A DNA stretch of 64,000 bases from Patescibacteria group bacterium (GTDB taxonomy: Bacteria > Patescibacteriota > Minisyncoccia > UBA6257 > GWB1-50-10). The DNA lies in NCBI GenBank assembly GCA_040757555.1, contig JBFLWN010000005.1, positions 8,045 to 72,044 on the forward strand, in the 5' to 3' direction. Numbering within the stretch: position 1 is the first letter of the stretch; each line of letters begins with the position of its first letter. Under the pieces are notes generated by a model that was given only the letters and a program-made list of their open reading frames with translations, was not told where the DNA came from and searched no databases. A program made the translations under genes and the position numbers. Shown in pieces: positions 39,253 to 49,859 of this stretch.

Positions 39253-39966
39253 TTATATTTGTCCCTTGAGATACTTCTTTCGTAACGCCTCTGGAAATCG
39301 TTCAATCGCATAGCGAAGTGCGGTCCTCGGCATATTTTTATAATGCTTTCTAAGAAACTCTTCTTCTTTTTTAAAATCCCGTTTTCCCACTTCACGAAGC
39401 ATCCATCCAACTGCTTTATGTATTAAATCATGTTCATCATCCAACAATATCTCTGCGAGACGACACGTATCATCAAATGCATTGTTTCGGATACAGGTGA
39501 GTGTGGAAATAATTGCAATTCGTTTTTTCCAAAGATGTCTAGATCGCGCAAAATTGTACAATATTTTTTTTGGTCTGTGTAATAGATAATCACCAATAAT
39601 GGATGGCGCGCTGATATCAACCAAATCCCAATTATTTACGTTCTTATAGTTTTTTAAATAAAGTTTGAATATCCTCTCTTTTCCTTTTATATCCGAACGT
39701 TTGTACTGCTCCATTAATATAACCAGAGCAACAAGACGATATTCATGAATATTACTTTTCAAGAGGACTTCTACATCTTTGTGAGATAGTTCTGTATATT
39801 TTTTTGCAACAACCCTTTGTACGGGAACTTTAATTCCTAAAAACACATCACCCTCTCCATATTCCCCTCTTCCTGTTTTAAAAAAACGTTTCAATACCTC
39901 TGCTTGTTTTTTATCTTGCAACTTGTTCAATTCTTTTTTTAAATTCATCAGATTCATATACCCCAT
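39253..39966 (-). CDS. DNA alkylation repair protein (AlkD-like)
   Basis: FFKTG.GEYGEGD.FLG, NNWDLVD, HDLIHKAVGWMLRE, RTALRYAIE. Confidence 0.9.
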   Translation of the reverse strand: MGYMNLMNLKKELNKLQDKKQAEVLKRFFKTGRGEYGEGDVFLGIKVPVQRVVAKKYTELSHKDVEVLLKSNIHEYRLVALVILMEQYKRSDIKGKERIFKLYLKNYKNVNNWDLVDISAPSIIGDYLLHRPKKILYNFARSRHLWKKRIAIISTLTCIRNNAFDDTCRLAEILLDDEHDLIHKAVGWMLREVGKRDFKKEEEFLRKHYKNMPRTALRYAIERFPEALRKKYLKGQI

Positions 39967-40022
39967 TGTATCAAAAATCCCGCCAATCCGAAGATGGGCG
40001 AGATTTTACGAATCATAACACA

Positions 40023-40217
40023 CTAAACAGTGGTGGTTGGTTTGCTGAAGGCAATAACCAATTGGTATAACGCGGAAAGACCAACAAGAACATAAACAAT
40101 ACGCGAAACAACTGCGGCCTGTCCTCCAAAAATTTCTCCGATATCCCAGCCAAATAACCCAACAAGTAACCAATTTAATCCGCCTACAATAAGAAGAATA
40201 AGAGTTATTAATTTCAT
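40023..40217 (-). CDS. DUF378 small membrane protein
   Basis: LLIVGGLNWLLVGLF...RIVYVLVGLSALY. Confidence 0.88.
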   Translation of the reverse strand: MKLITLILLIVGGLNWLLVGLFGWDIGEIFGGQAAVVSRIVYVLVGLSALYQLVIAFSKPTTTV

Positions 40218-40273
40218 AATATATATAAATTCTATTCGACCTTTCCTATATACATATATATTACCATATCGCC

Positions 40274-41860
40274 CTAATTTATATCTTCCTTTTTCTGCCG
40301 AACAAATCCATTGAAATTCTCGAGAAATTCAACAAACATTTGAAACGGGAGCTCAATCAAAAGATTAATAAAAATAACAATCGGGTTAAAACGCGCAAGT
40401 CCGTCGATCACCCATCGTCCTACAGTTACAAATGGCATACTTAACAAATCAAATATAAAGGTGAGTACGTTTGTTTTTTTCTTTTCGAGATTCATCTCGT
40501 TTGCACGATTGTGAATTCGTACCCCCGCAGCAGCAACGAGAGAAACAAAAAATATAAATACAAGTACGTTTGCTATATTGAAACGAAGTGGGGTGAGTAA
40601 TTCATAAAAAAGATAGAATACTGCAAGAACGGTAAAAAGATAGAATAGATTTGAAACAATTTCCGTTATGATTTTTTTCTTTTTTGGAATGGATAACACA
40701 TATTTATGTCCATCCTCTCCGGGAAATACTACGGCATGAATTTGATCGGAAACAAGGTGAAAATTAATGGGACGAGGCATTTTTATACTGAGTACAATAA
40801 GAAACATCAATAGGGGCGGAACAAAAATATTTAATGTGGTATTCAGCACCGAAAATGTTCCCGTAAGATGGGTTTCTATCGGAACTTCAATCAAGAGAAC
40901 AATCAAAATCTTGGAAAGAAGAAAAGAAAGAACGCTCAAAAAACCAATGCGCTTTAACTTTTTCTTTGCGGCAACAAAACGAATATCATAGACTTCCCTG
41001 GTTTCTTTCTCAAAAAGCGTCGGATCTGAAATTATCTTTTCAAATGTTTCATAATCTTTTGATCGATCAATTACATCTCCTAAAATATTAAACACAATCG
41101 CATATCGCGCACATAGTTTTGTAAATGGTTTTTTGAGTGGATGAGTCAATACTTTTCTAATGTGCCTTCGAATCGCTGGAATATACGCTCCCACACGTGG
41201 ACATTCATCCATACTAATATCCTCCCAGTCGGGATATAAAAATTTTAATAACTGATACTGTAATTGTTCTTCATCTGCCTTCAGAAGTGTTTTATAAATC
41301 GCCGCAAAAAGCTGAGTATTTATATCGTCCTCGGAAACACTTCCTCCTCGCACCACAAGACGAGCTTTTAGTGTTTGGAACATGATATTCACCAGCGTAT
41401 CTTCCCGATAAGAAGGAAATAATTTTTCTTCTACTGAACTTGCGGTAATTGAAAAAAGCCAATCCAGACGATTTTTATACTTTTTCTTATCTTGTGACGG
41501 AATAAATCCGCTTAATGCTACGTGTTTATCGATAATTTTTTGAATTTCATCGATCGTACTTTCGGGAATTTTATCATTCGGGAGATATCCCGCCCGGATA
41601 ATTTCCTTAATTAATACTTCCCCAATACCACTCCCGTCCTGCTTGAGGAGGAGACGACGATGCAACACCCGATCGATAAATCCCCTGCGGATAAGATGCT
41701 CTTCTTTGTAATCAATAACATTCCTAGCCTTTTCATAAAATGCCGCAACCTGCGAAGCTACCTCGTCCGTATGGATACGCGGAACATCTTCGGGAAGATC
41801 CTGTTTCTCGATGGCTTTTTTGTAGTATATTACTCCATTGGTGACTATCTCTGATATCAT
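40274..41860 (-). CDS. Conserved hypothetical membrane protein
   Basis: 528-aa ORF; FYEK.RN..DYKEEHL.RR N-terminus; C-terminal TMs. Confidence 0.75.
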   Translation of the reverse strand: MISEIVTNGVIYYKKAIEKQDLPEDVPRIHTDEVASQVAAFYEKARNVIDYKEEHLIRRGFIDRVLHRRLLLKQDGSGIGEVLIKEIIRAGYLPNDKIPESTIDEIQKIIDKHVALSGFIPSQDKKKYKNRLDWLFSITASSVEEKLFPSYREDTLVNIMFQTLKARLVVRGGSVSEDDINTQLFAAIYKTLLKADEEQLQYQLLKFLYPDWEDISMDECPRVGAYIPAIRRHIRKVLTHPLKKPFTKLCARYAIVFNILGDVIDRSKDYETFEKIISDPTLFEKETREVYDIRFVAAKKKLKRIGFLSVLSFLLSKILIVLLIEVPIETHLTGTFSVLNTTLNIFVPPLLMFLIVLSIKMPRPINFHLVSDQIHAVVFPGEDGHKYVLSIPKKKKIITEIVSNLFYLFTVLAVFYLFYELLTPLRFNIANVLVFIFFVSLVAAAGVRIHNRANEMNLEKKKTNVLTFIFDLLSMPFVTVGRWVIDGLARFNPIVIFINLLIELPFQMFVEFLENFNGFVRQKKEDIN

Positions 41861-41994
41861 AATTAATCAAAAAAGGGTTGTTTTTACCCCTTTTCTTACT
41901 TTCTTATCATAGCACCCAAAAACACATTTTCCAATCAAAATGCTACAATTACTATTAGTTCCAACAAATTTCATAGGAGAGGAGGAATGATGAG

Positions 41995-42393
41995 GTGAAA
42001 AAAAAGAAAAAGACGAAAAAAATAACCCTCGCGGAGATTCGAGAATTGGTACGCACAAAAGCGTCAAAGGATTCTATATATTCGATAAATAAGGGATTAT
42101 ACAGAGAAGATCTTGTTATGTTGACACTTATCGAGATGAAGAAAAAGAAAGAAATCTTTGATTATATAAAAAGTGGACGATTTGGCAGAATGGATTTGAA
42201 AGGAATTGATTTTGTCGTGATAGTCATAAGAAAAGCAAAATATGAACCCATACGAATATCAATAACTGGACCACAGTGGATCTCGTATCACAAAGAAAAA
42301 CATCCCAATATCCCAATTCTTTGCGTGGAAGACGGAGATGATATAAATAGAATAAAAGAAAAGCTATTGAAGGTTATAAACCCGGCCCAATAA
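41995..42393 (+). CDS. Hypothetical protein, possibly PD-(D/E)xK-like
   Basis: E...D.KGIDFVV pattern; start uncertain. Confidence 0.5.
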   Translation: MKKKKKTKKITLAEIRELVRTKASKDSIYSINKGLYREDLVMLTLIEMKKKKEIFDYIKSGRFGRMDLKGIDFVVIVIRKAKYEPIRISITGPQWISYHKEKHPNIPILCVEDGDDINRIKEKLLKVINPAQ

Positions 42394-42503
42394 TTAATAT
42401 GTACGGCCGGTTTTTTGTATTAAAAACCTTGTAAAAAATACCGAATTTGGTAGTATTACTTTGTTATCTTTTTTGGAGATAATATATTGAGAATTTAATA
42501 GAT

Positions 42504-42578
42504 TCCGGAGTAGCTCAGCGGTAGAGCAGGTGCCTGTTAAGCACTTGGTCGTAGGTTCGAATCCTACCTCCGGAGCCA
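42504..42578 (+). tRNA. tRNA-Asn(GUU) with encoded CCA
   Basis: TCCGGAG acceptor, anticodon arm GGTGC-CTGTTAA-GCACT, GTAGG-TTCGAAT-CCTAC, ends GCCA. Confidence 0.97.
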
Positions 42579-44066
42579 AGTAGGACTACTAGCTAGTTCT
42601 AGTACTAAGTTGAAGGGAGAACGCAAGGTAAAATCTAGCGTTCTTTCATTTACGGTCGGGTTCTGAAGCAGATAATTCAAAAATACTCGTTTTTCTTCTG
42701 GTTCAGAACTTTCGAAAATTTGTTTGGCCCTGCGAGCGACAGAAAGTACCATAGATACAGTCGTTTGATAGTCGTAGTCGGCTTTTGTGTGTTCTTCTAG
42801 TTCAATGTTTAAGAGTTGAAGCCTGTCGTGGTATTCTTGATGTTTCTTGTCATAGATATTCTTAGTAATACTCTGTTGTGGATCTAGATAAACCTCAAGA
42901 AGTCGATTGTCCTTCTCTTTGGTTCGTTCATATTCATTGCGTATTCGAGCTATTTGAGCTTTATGAAAAACAATCTCGCTTTCTGTATCTTTTCTCAACT
43001 CTTCTACGAGATAATCTTGAGTTGCTTGTATAATACTCTCAAATCGGCCAAAAACCTCGTATACGGGCTTTAAGAGGTCTTTCTCGGGTATATAAAGCCT
43101 TTTACATATTCTTTTTGCATTTGTGCAGGAATAGTAATTTATTCCTTTATGAAACTCTCCAGACATAGAGCAACCACAGTTACTACATTTAAGTAAGCAA
43201 TTTCCAAATACATATTTTTTCTTCGTAAGTAATTTTGATCTGCGTTTGTTACGTTTTGCACGTACTTGTTGGCACATATCAAAGAGTTCCTTAGTAATTA
43301 ATCTAGGGTATTTGTGAGGGTACGGTCCATATTTTTTTGATATAGCTATTCCACAATAAAAGCTATCTTTTAAGATATGTTCAACTCCACTTTTTGATAG
43401 CTTGTTTTCTTTTAAGGTTCTTAAACCAAGTTCAGTTATTGTATTTCGAATAGTTTCAAGTGAATATTGTCCCGTTGCATATAATTCAAACATTTTTTTT
43501 ATTAAATATTCCCGTTCAGGATCAAGAATAATATCCTTACGCAATCTTTTTTCTGCATCAAGTTGAACATTTAAATAACCTAAACGTACTACTCCTGTCC
43601 ATTCTCCATTCCTACGCTTTTGTTCAAATGCCCGTTTTACATTATCGCTAATAGCGTCTGAATAATACTTAGAAAGACCAAGTTTCATTCCAAACGCAAA
43701 CTTATCCCCGGCAGACATTTTGTTGTTGATTACTTGTCCATCTGAAACAAAATGAAGTTCAATTTTATCATCAACAGCTCGCTCATAAAGTAACGCAACT
43801 CGCTTATCAAAGATATTTCGAGATAAACGATCTACCTTATCAAAACAAACCGCAATTTTTTCTTTAGAATTGTTTACACATTCAATGATTTTGTCGAATT
43901 CGTCTCTTTTGGTTTTATATGCACTTTCATCAAAACTGAACTCTTGAGTAACAATATAATCATTTCGTTCACAATAATCACGCATACGATTAAGCTGAGC
44001 GGGTAAGGAATTATTAGCCTCTCTTTGCTCTTCAGTTGACACTCTTGCTACGATTACTGCTTTCAT
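42564..44066 (-). CDS. Large serine recombinase (integrase)
   Basis: ARVSTEEQ catalytic Ser, DRLSR, recombinase domain, Zn ribbon CSNCG...YYSC; C-terminus WLRR* lies inside the tRNA 3' end. Confidence 0.93.
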   Translation of the reverse strand: MKAVIVARVSTEEQREANNSLPAQLNRMRDYCERNDYIVTQEFSFDESAYKTKRDEFDKIIECVNNSKEKIAVCFDKVDRLSRNIFDKRVALLYERAVDDKIELHFVSDGQVINNKMSAGDKFAFGMKLGLSKYYSDAISDNVKRAFEQKRRNGEWTGVVRLGYLNVQLDAEKRLRKDIILDPEREYLIKKMFELYATGQYSLETIRNTITELGLRTLKENKLSKSGVEHILKDSFYCGIAISKKYGPYPHKYPRLITKELFDMCQQVRAKRNKRRSKLLTKKKYVFGNCLLKCSNCGCSMSGEFHKGINYYSCTNAKRICKRLYIPEKDLLKPVYEVFGRFESIIQATQDYLVEELRKDTESEIVFHKAQIARIRNEYERTKEKDNRLLEVYLDPQQSITKNIYDKKHQEYHDRLQLLNIELEEHTKADYDYQTTVSMVLSVARRAKQIFESSEPEEKRVFLNYLLQNPTVNERTLDFTLRSPFNLVLELASSPTWLRR

Positions 44067-44072
44067 AGTTAA

Positions 44073-45038
44073 TTATAAATTTGGTGAATAAGAAATAGAT
44101 TTTATATAATCCTCCATAAATTGCCAATCAAGTTGACCATCGTTAGTAACTGGAAATTTTACCTTCAATGCAGAAAGTCTCTCCTTTGTCGCTCCTCTGC
44201 CATAGTTAAATTTCTTTGCAATTTCCAAATTTAATAGAGGGAGAATAAATTGTGAATTATATCTATTAAGATTCTTATTCCTAAATATATTTACTTTATT
44301 TCCTGTTATGAACGGTGTGGGCTGATAAAATGCCTTAAATCCTTCAGCTCCGATTGTTATGCACCCCCCTTTTTCGGTCGGTATTGATGTTTCATTTTTA
44401 ATGAACAATTCAACTCCATTGTTCTCTGTTGTTCTTGTGACATATGCTATCTTCCCAACTTCTTCGTTTTCAATCTCTTCTCTATGAATTGGCTTACCAA
44501 GTGAAGGCTCAAATATTTCGTCTAGTTTGAAATACTTCCATTTGTCTATATTTAATTTTTTATCTTTTATAGATAATGCTTTTTTTTCTAAAGAATTTAG
44601 TTTATCTAAATCGAGGTCGGTCCATTCATTGGGTATTCTTTCTGGAATTAAAATATCCTTCAATGTTTTGTTTGCCTGCCTACCATAATTATATCTATAT
44701 TTATTCTTACGAATGCAATAACAATAAAAAATCATCTCAATTTCAGATGGTTGTTTTTTGGGTATTAAAATATAAATATCTCTCCCACTATAATATTGCT
44801 CGTGTTGAAAAAAGGTGGCTAAAACAGAACCGCCACCCGCAACTGAAATGGTATGGGCTGGATTCGGCTGAATTTCATTTATTTTTTGTACATAGGCAGA
44901 CACCCCATTGTTTTTGTCGGTTCTAGAAACAAAGTTAACAGAATTCCTGTCTTGTTTCGAACATTCCTCCAAACTAATAAGTTCTAAGTTCACCCCATAC
45001 TTAACTTCAAATAGATCACTAACTTTTACCAACTTCAT
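44073..45038 (-). CDS. Restriction-modification specificity subunit (BcgIB-like, two TRDs)
   Basis: Two repeats of FVSRT..NNGV...YNYGR; DWQFMEDYIK. Confidence 0.85.
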   Translation of the reverse strand: MKLVKVSDLFEVKYGVNLELISLEECSKQDRNSVNFVSRTDKNNGVSAYVQKINEIQPNPAHTISVAGGGSVLATFFQHEQYYSGRDIYILIPKKQPSEIEMIFYCYCIRKNKYRYNYGRQANKTLKDILIPERIPNEWTDLDLDKLNSLEKKALSIKDKKLNIDKWKYFKLDEIFEPSLGKPIHREEIENEEVGKIAYVTRTTENNGVELFIKNETSIPTEKGGCITIGAEGFKAFYQPTPFITGNKVNIFRNKNLNRYNSQFILPLLNLEIAKKFNYGRGATKERLSALKVKFPVTNDGQLDWQFMEDYIKSISYSPNL

Positions 45039-46843
45039 AAATATAGTTCTTTAAAATAAACAAAATCTTTGACCGACTTTACGAAATCTTCTTTAGATAA
45101 ACCCGAATAGTCTGTTTCCATATAAGCCTCAGCACACCACTCATCATCGGCAGAGACAACTTTAGTGACACTAAAACCGGGTCTCTCTTCTTTATTTAGA
45201 TATGAGGTTATCCAATCTTCTTTTATCTCTTTCTCAAATTTCTGATACAAATCAATCCTTCCTTTCATTTTTCGTTTTACAAAACCATCATTTTTATAGT
45301 AACCGAAGTAAACCTTTTTATTTTTAGGATGAGGTCTTTTGGCTGTAAAAACCATAATACAAGAAACGACTCCAACCTTTGAGTTAAAAAATAATTCGTC
45401 AGGCATAGAAAAAACTGCTTCCAGAGTGTGTTGTTCTAGTACCCTTTTTTTATATTCATAAACCTTACCAGTTTGAGCTAGTGCAGATTGCATAGGAATA
45501 ATAGCAACACATTTCCCGCCTTGTTCTAAAGAATCCAGATTGTTTAATATAAATTCATATTCATCTACATCATTTTTCTTGTCTGCTTTATAGGGTGGAT
45601 TCAGAAGCCCTACTGTGGGTTTAAATTTTTTGGCTTTTTTTATAATATCTTCATCAAAACAACTCCCATTCAGAATATTAGTTTTGCCATCTTGATGGAT
45701 AAACATATTTGAACAAGCAAGTGCAAATATATGTGCCTGATATTCGACACCAACTAACTGATTCTTCTTTATATTTTTTATTTTTTCTTGGTCTCCTTTT
45801 GCATCTTTTATCATTAAGTTCATAGCACTAACTAAAAATCCTCCGGTGCCAGCACAATTATCATATACCGTGCTATCCTTATTTACCTCGGCTAATTCCG
45901 ACATAAACTCTGTGATATGCGGAGGCGTAAGAACTATCCCCAAACCTTTGTCACTATTAGCATATCTCAGAAATTCAATATAAAGCTGTCCAAGAACATC
46001 AAAATATTCGTGAGTTTTTATAAAGTCTTTTATATTTTCATTTATATCGGAAATAATATCTCGCAAAACATTGTTTTTCTTTGATAGTGATGTGTCTGTT
46101 TTTATAAATTCAAAGCGACTAGTTAAAATTGCTAACTTAATTTCCCCAATGTTCGCATTTTGAAATTCATTTTTAACCGTGGTGACTAAATATTCAGCTA
46201 ATTGTTTTGGATCTGAATAATCTTTATAAGATTTGGAAAAGGCCTTGTTTTCGAGCGCAATCAAAATACAACTTATAAGTAATCCTCTATCACTTTCAAC
46301 TATTTTTTGTCCGTGTAATTTTTCATTTAATTCCTTAGAAAATATCAATAATTTTTCGTAATCTTGTCTAAATTTTTCAGGACTTTTAATATAACCATCC
46401 AGATAATCATCCGGGGATAAAAGTTTATTACTAAATATTTCAATTGCCTTCCTATCTCCTTTTAGTTGAAGAAAATGTGATATTTTTTTGTTTTTATTCG
46501 TTTCACCACTAACAGCAATAGATAGTACATCAAATTCTTTTGAAAGATATGAACTATACAAAAGAACACCATCTACCGAAAAGTCTTTGTAATTTTCTCT
46601 ACTAGAACTTTCGTGCTTAGTAACATCGGCCTTACATTCAACAACAATAACGAAATCTGGGTTTTTCTTATATTGGATAATAAATTCAGGGAACCCAGTA
46701 CCTAAGCCACCTTTGGAAGCTGTTGCTAATAATTTTTTTATTTTTGGATTATCAGATGATTGTTCTTCTAAAACTATGTTCTTAGGGAATTTTTCGAAAT
46801 GACTTCTGACTATCGACTCGGTTTTCCGTTCGTTTTTTGACAT
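45035..46843 (-). CDS. Fused endonuclease/N6-adenine methyltransferase (BcgIA-like, Type IIB/IIG)
   Basis: N-terminal PEF...VECK nuclease motif; GIVLTP, DNCAGTGGFL, NPPY; ATGA-coupled to S subunit. Confidence 0.88.
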   Translation of the reverse strand: MSKNERKTESIVRSHFEKFPKNIVLEEQSSDNPKIKKLLATASKGGLGTGFPEFIIQYKKNPDFVIVVECKADVTKHESSSRENYKDFSVDGVLLYSSYLSKEFDVLSIAVSGETNKNKKISHFLQLKGDRKAIEIFSNKLLSPDDYLDGYIKSPEKFRQDYEKLLIFSKELNEKLHGQKIVESDRGLLISCILIALENKAFSKSYKDYSDPKQLAEYLVTTVKNEFQNANIGEIKLAILTSRFEFIKTDTSLSKKNNVLRDIISDINENIKDFIKTHEYFDVLGQLYIEFLRYANSDKGLGIVLTPPHITEFMSELAEVNKDSTVYDNCAGTGGFLVSAMNLMIKDAKGDQEKIKNIKKNQLVGVEYQAHIFALACSNMFIHQDGKTNILNGSCFDEDIIKKAKKFKPTVGLLNPPYKADKKNDVDEYEFILNNLDSLEQGGKCVAIIPMQSALAQTGKVYEYKKRVLEQHTLEAVFSMPDELFFNSKVGVVSCIMVFTAKRPHPKNKKVYFGYYKNDGFVKRKMKGRIDLYQKFEKEIKEDWITSYLNKEERPGFSVTKVVSADDEWCAEAYMETDYSGLSKEDFVKSVKDFVYFKELYL

Positions 46844-46847
46844 AAAA

Positions 46848-47030
46848 TTATTTTGTTTTCGTTTTATTTAAAAACTCCTCAAATTCGACTTTGTCTATCC
46901 GAAACTCTTTACCGATTTTATACGCTTTAAGTTTCTTTGCTTTGATGTATCGATAAATCGTCATAATATTTACCTCTAATTTTTCAGCCAAATTTTTTGC
47001 AGTATAAAATTGTTTTTCTCTATCTCCCAT
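46848..47030 (-). CDS. Excisionase-like HTH protein
   Basis: YTAKNLAEKL.V..MTIYRYIK..KLKA.KIG..FRI. Confidence 0.85.
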   Translation of the reverse strand: MGDREKQFYTAKNLAEKLEVNIMTIYRYIKAKKLKAYKIGKEFRIDKVEFEEFLNKTKTK

Positions 47031-47032
47031 AA

Positions 47033-47302
47033 TTAAGCTATTTTTTTAAAACTTGTTTCTTTTTTAATCCAAATATCAACCACATTTTTATTATCCGGAT
47101 TCTCTTTTTCATTGAGTTCTATGGTTTTAGTTAAGTATCCTTCTTTTTCAAGATCTTCTATATATTCTTTAAATCTAGGATTAGTCCTATTAAAATGCCC
47201 ATTGTATTTATATCCCATTGCCAGTAATTCACTGTGGTCATATTCTGGGTTAGGACCAGTACCACCTCCAGCAAATGCATCCTTGTATTTATTTATATCC
47301 AT
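47033..47302 (-). CDS. Hypothetical protein
   Basis: 89-aa ORF in the Rep-Xis run. Confidence 0.55.
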   Translation of the reverse strand: MDINKYKDAFAGGGTGPNPEYDHSELLAMGYKYNGHFNRTNPRFKEYIEDLEKEGYLTKTIELNEKENPDNKNVVDIWIKKETSFKKIA

Positions 47303-47333
47303 AAAATAATTATACTTTACATTGCTTTACACA

Positions 47334-48440
47334 CTAAGTGGATAACTTTTTATATTTATATGGCTCAAATTCAGCAAGTGCTTCATCTATTTGGATCACC
47401 CAGTTTCTGATTTTATTATTGGTAATTATTTTATTTGCTGTTTGCACATCTCTCATAAATCTATACCAAGTGCGACAATTGGATTTTTTTGAAAGAATGG
47501 ATCGTAACATTCTAAATCCCCCGTCATCCTTAGCGAGTGTGGTTAATCCAATTAAATAAATCGCTTGTTTTGGTCTTATTTTTTTATTACCCACAAAAAG
47601 TATTCGCAAAGCATCCTTCATACTAAATGGCAATGCAAATAGTCCGAGACTTCTTTCTTTTATTAATCTATTCCAATAATAGATCATTACTTTCTGGCTA
47701 AGATCGGAATTAAATATATCTTTGAAGATTAGATTTTTTTGGTAACCTAGTTGTTCAAAGAGCTTATTCATCTTTTGTTTACTTCCTAATCGTATCTCAA
47801 AACGAATTATTTCAACTGATCCTTCTTTGAGATCTTCAAAAAGACTCCGCTGATATTTTGGTTGCTCTTTATCTATCGCTCGCTTATCTTCTTTTTTGAG
47901 ATCCGCGATTTTGTCATAGATAACAAGTTGATGAGAAGTAGTATGAGCATATAAACTCTCTCCACCGTTGATGTATCGAGTTTGTGCTAAATCAAAACAT
48001 TTTGTGATATTAACTTTATTTATTTCAGAAATTACATAACTTACTGTAAATCCATCCCTTAGTTGTATATTTTTAGAAAAATGAACCGAACTTACCGATG
48101 CATTCTCTAACACCTCCTTATCTGCTATAACTCCCATTGCGTTTAATCTTTCTTGCAACATATTGATCACTGATGGAAAATCACTCTGTTGGACCTCATC
48201 CAAATTATTAAGAAAAAGTAATTTCGGGATTGAAAACTCTATTCTTATATTCTTTTCCTTGCCCAACCCATTGCGTTTATAGCCCGTAAGACGGGGTAGA
48301 TAAGACCATTTCTCCAAATCATTTTTTGATGGATTTCTCACGAACTTTTGATATTGAGCAGTTTTTGAATTAAGATCCCAGGCCCCGACAGAAAACCTTA
48401 ACTTGTCCATTGGGATAAGCAGATTTATTGTATCAATCAT
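47334..48440 (-). CDS. Putative rolling-circle replication initiator (gpII/X, Rep_trans-like)
   Basis: MIDTI start, IEFSIPKLL..NN, LVIYDK, IRFEIRL. Confidence 0.65.
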   Translation of the reverse strand: MIDTINLLIPMDKLRFSVGAWDLNSKTAQYQKFVRNPSKNDLEKWSYLPRLTGYKRNGLGKEKNIRIEFSIPKLLFLNNLDEVQQSDFPSVINMLQERLNAMGVIADKEVLENASVSSVHFSKNIQLRDGFTVSYVISEINKVNITKCFDLAQTRYINGGESLYAHTTSHQLVIYDKIADLKKEDKRAIDKEQPKYQRSLFEDLKEGSVEIIRFEIRLGSKQKMNKLFEQLGYQKNLIFKDIFNSDLSQKVMIYYWNRLIKERSLGLFALPFSMKDALRILFVGNKKIRPKQAIYLIGLTTLAKDDGGFRMLRSILSKKSNCRTWYRFMRDVQTANKIITNNKIRNWVIQIDEALAEFEPYKYKKLST

Positions 48441-48657
48441 TGTTTTGTAATTGTTTTTTTACGTAAAGCGACGGGTTTATTCGCTTGTCGACTTTTATAA
48501 GTAATGCGAAAAAACCAACAAGATTATGTCTCTCTTCTGACGATAATTCATCTAACTTTCCACATTTTTTCTTATCAACTTCCTGCATAAATAATAATCC
48601 AGTGTTTATGCAACTAGGCTATTATTTACTTGAAATCTTATACAAGAATTTTGTGTA

Positions 48658-49485
48658 CTACACTTCTTTTCTTCTTTTTTTCTGAATGGAAATAATTTTT
48701 CCTATCATCCCCTCATCCACCGAAAGCTCGTCTGGAAAACGTTCAATGACTAGACTCATAATTTTTTTGTGTGGAAGTTGACGGCTATCATAGATAAATA
48801 GATCTCTTTGGACTATAGATTTCTTTTTTGTTTTTATTTTTCCAATTTTAACTTCGGTAATCTTATACCCATTTTGTAGTGGTTTGACCTCTGTTTTATA
48901 TGTTTTTTCGATAAAATCTAAAATATCTCTCTTGCTCATATACGGACTTATCTTAATTGCGATTGGATATGCCTTATTGTCATATTCCTCAAAACATTCG
49001 TAATCTTCTCCAAGGTCTTTTTTGTCTCGCAACAAATCTCTTACAACTGCAAGATTATAAGAATTAAAATCCACTGGCTCTACGAACTCGTCGTAAAAAA
49101 GATAATTAAGAAAAACTTCATACCATTCGAGATAATGTAGATAATATTTATCAAGAAGGGTCTTAATTTCCACACTCAAAACACCCCACTTTTTCTTGTT
49201 TCTTATATATTTCCATTTTCCTGGCATTATAAATCTGGATGACGGATTATATTCATCTCTTTTTTCTACTGGAGAAAATCCAGAATCGGGAATTTCAAGT
49301 TCTTTCCTAAGTTTTTTTATTTTTTCGTTCACAAAATCACTCTGTAAAATCACCTCTACATAATTCTTAAGTTTTTTATAAGACTGCGTCTTAATATTTG
49401 CACTCGTACGTTTTTTTGCGTTTTCTTCAAGAAACTGAAACATCGGAACAAATTCCCCGTTTTCATTCAGATTTGCCATATACAA
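48658..49485 (-). CDS. Hypothetical protein of the element
   Basis: 275-aa ORF upstream of Rep. Confidence 0.6.
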   Translation of the reverse strand: MYMANLNENGEFVPMFQFLEENAKKRTSANIKTQSYKKLKNYVEVILQSDFVNEKIKKLRKELEIPDSGFSPVEKRDEYNPSSRFIMPGKWKYIRNKKKWGVLSVEIKTLLDKYYLHYLEWYEVFLNYLFYDEFVEPVDFNSYNLAVVRDLLRDKKDLGEDYECFEEYDNKAYPIAIKISPYMSKRDILDFIEKTYKTEVKPLQNGYKITEVKIGKIKTKKKSIVQRDLFIYDSRQLPHKKIMSLVIERFPDELSVDEGMIGKIISIQKKRRKEV

Positions 49486-49859
49486 TAATTAAAACCTATT
49501 TAAAAACATTTCATAGTCTTCACGTAATTCTCAAAAAACGATAAAAGTGCTAACGTATAATCAACAACCAAATAAGAGACCTAACCCCAAGAAATTCCAA
49601 CATTTTCCGATATTTCCTGGGTAGGGTTTAAAACAAGCGCGACGAGCATAAAGATCCCATCATCAGGGTCGCTCGTCGCGTCATACAGGGAAACTTGTAT
49701 GTAGGTCGCAAGGCCTTACCTGGTGGTGGGTTTTTTGATTTTCTACCCCCCAGGTTTTCCTATATTTACCGAAGTCTTGTCCCCGATAGTTCCTTATATT
49801 TTCCGATATTTGTTTTTTAGAAATTTTATTAAAAGGTCAAAAAATAATGATAAATTCTT

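Noticed and set aside
42394-42579. ORF MAPEVGFEPTT...
   Set aside because: Antisense reading of tRNA-Asn
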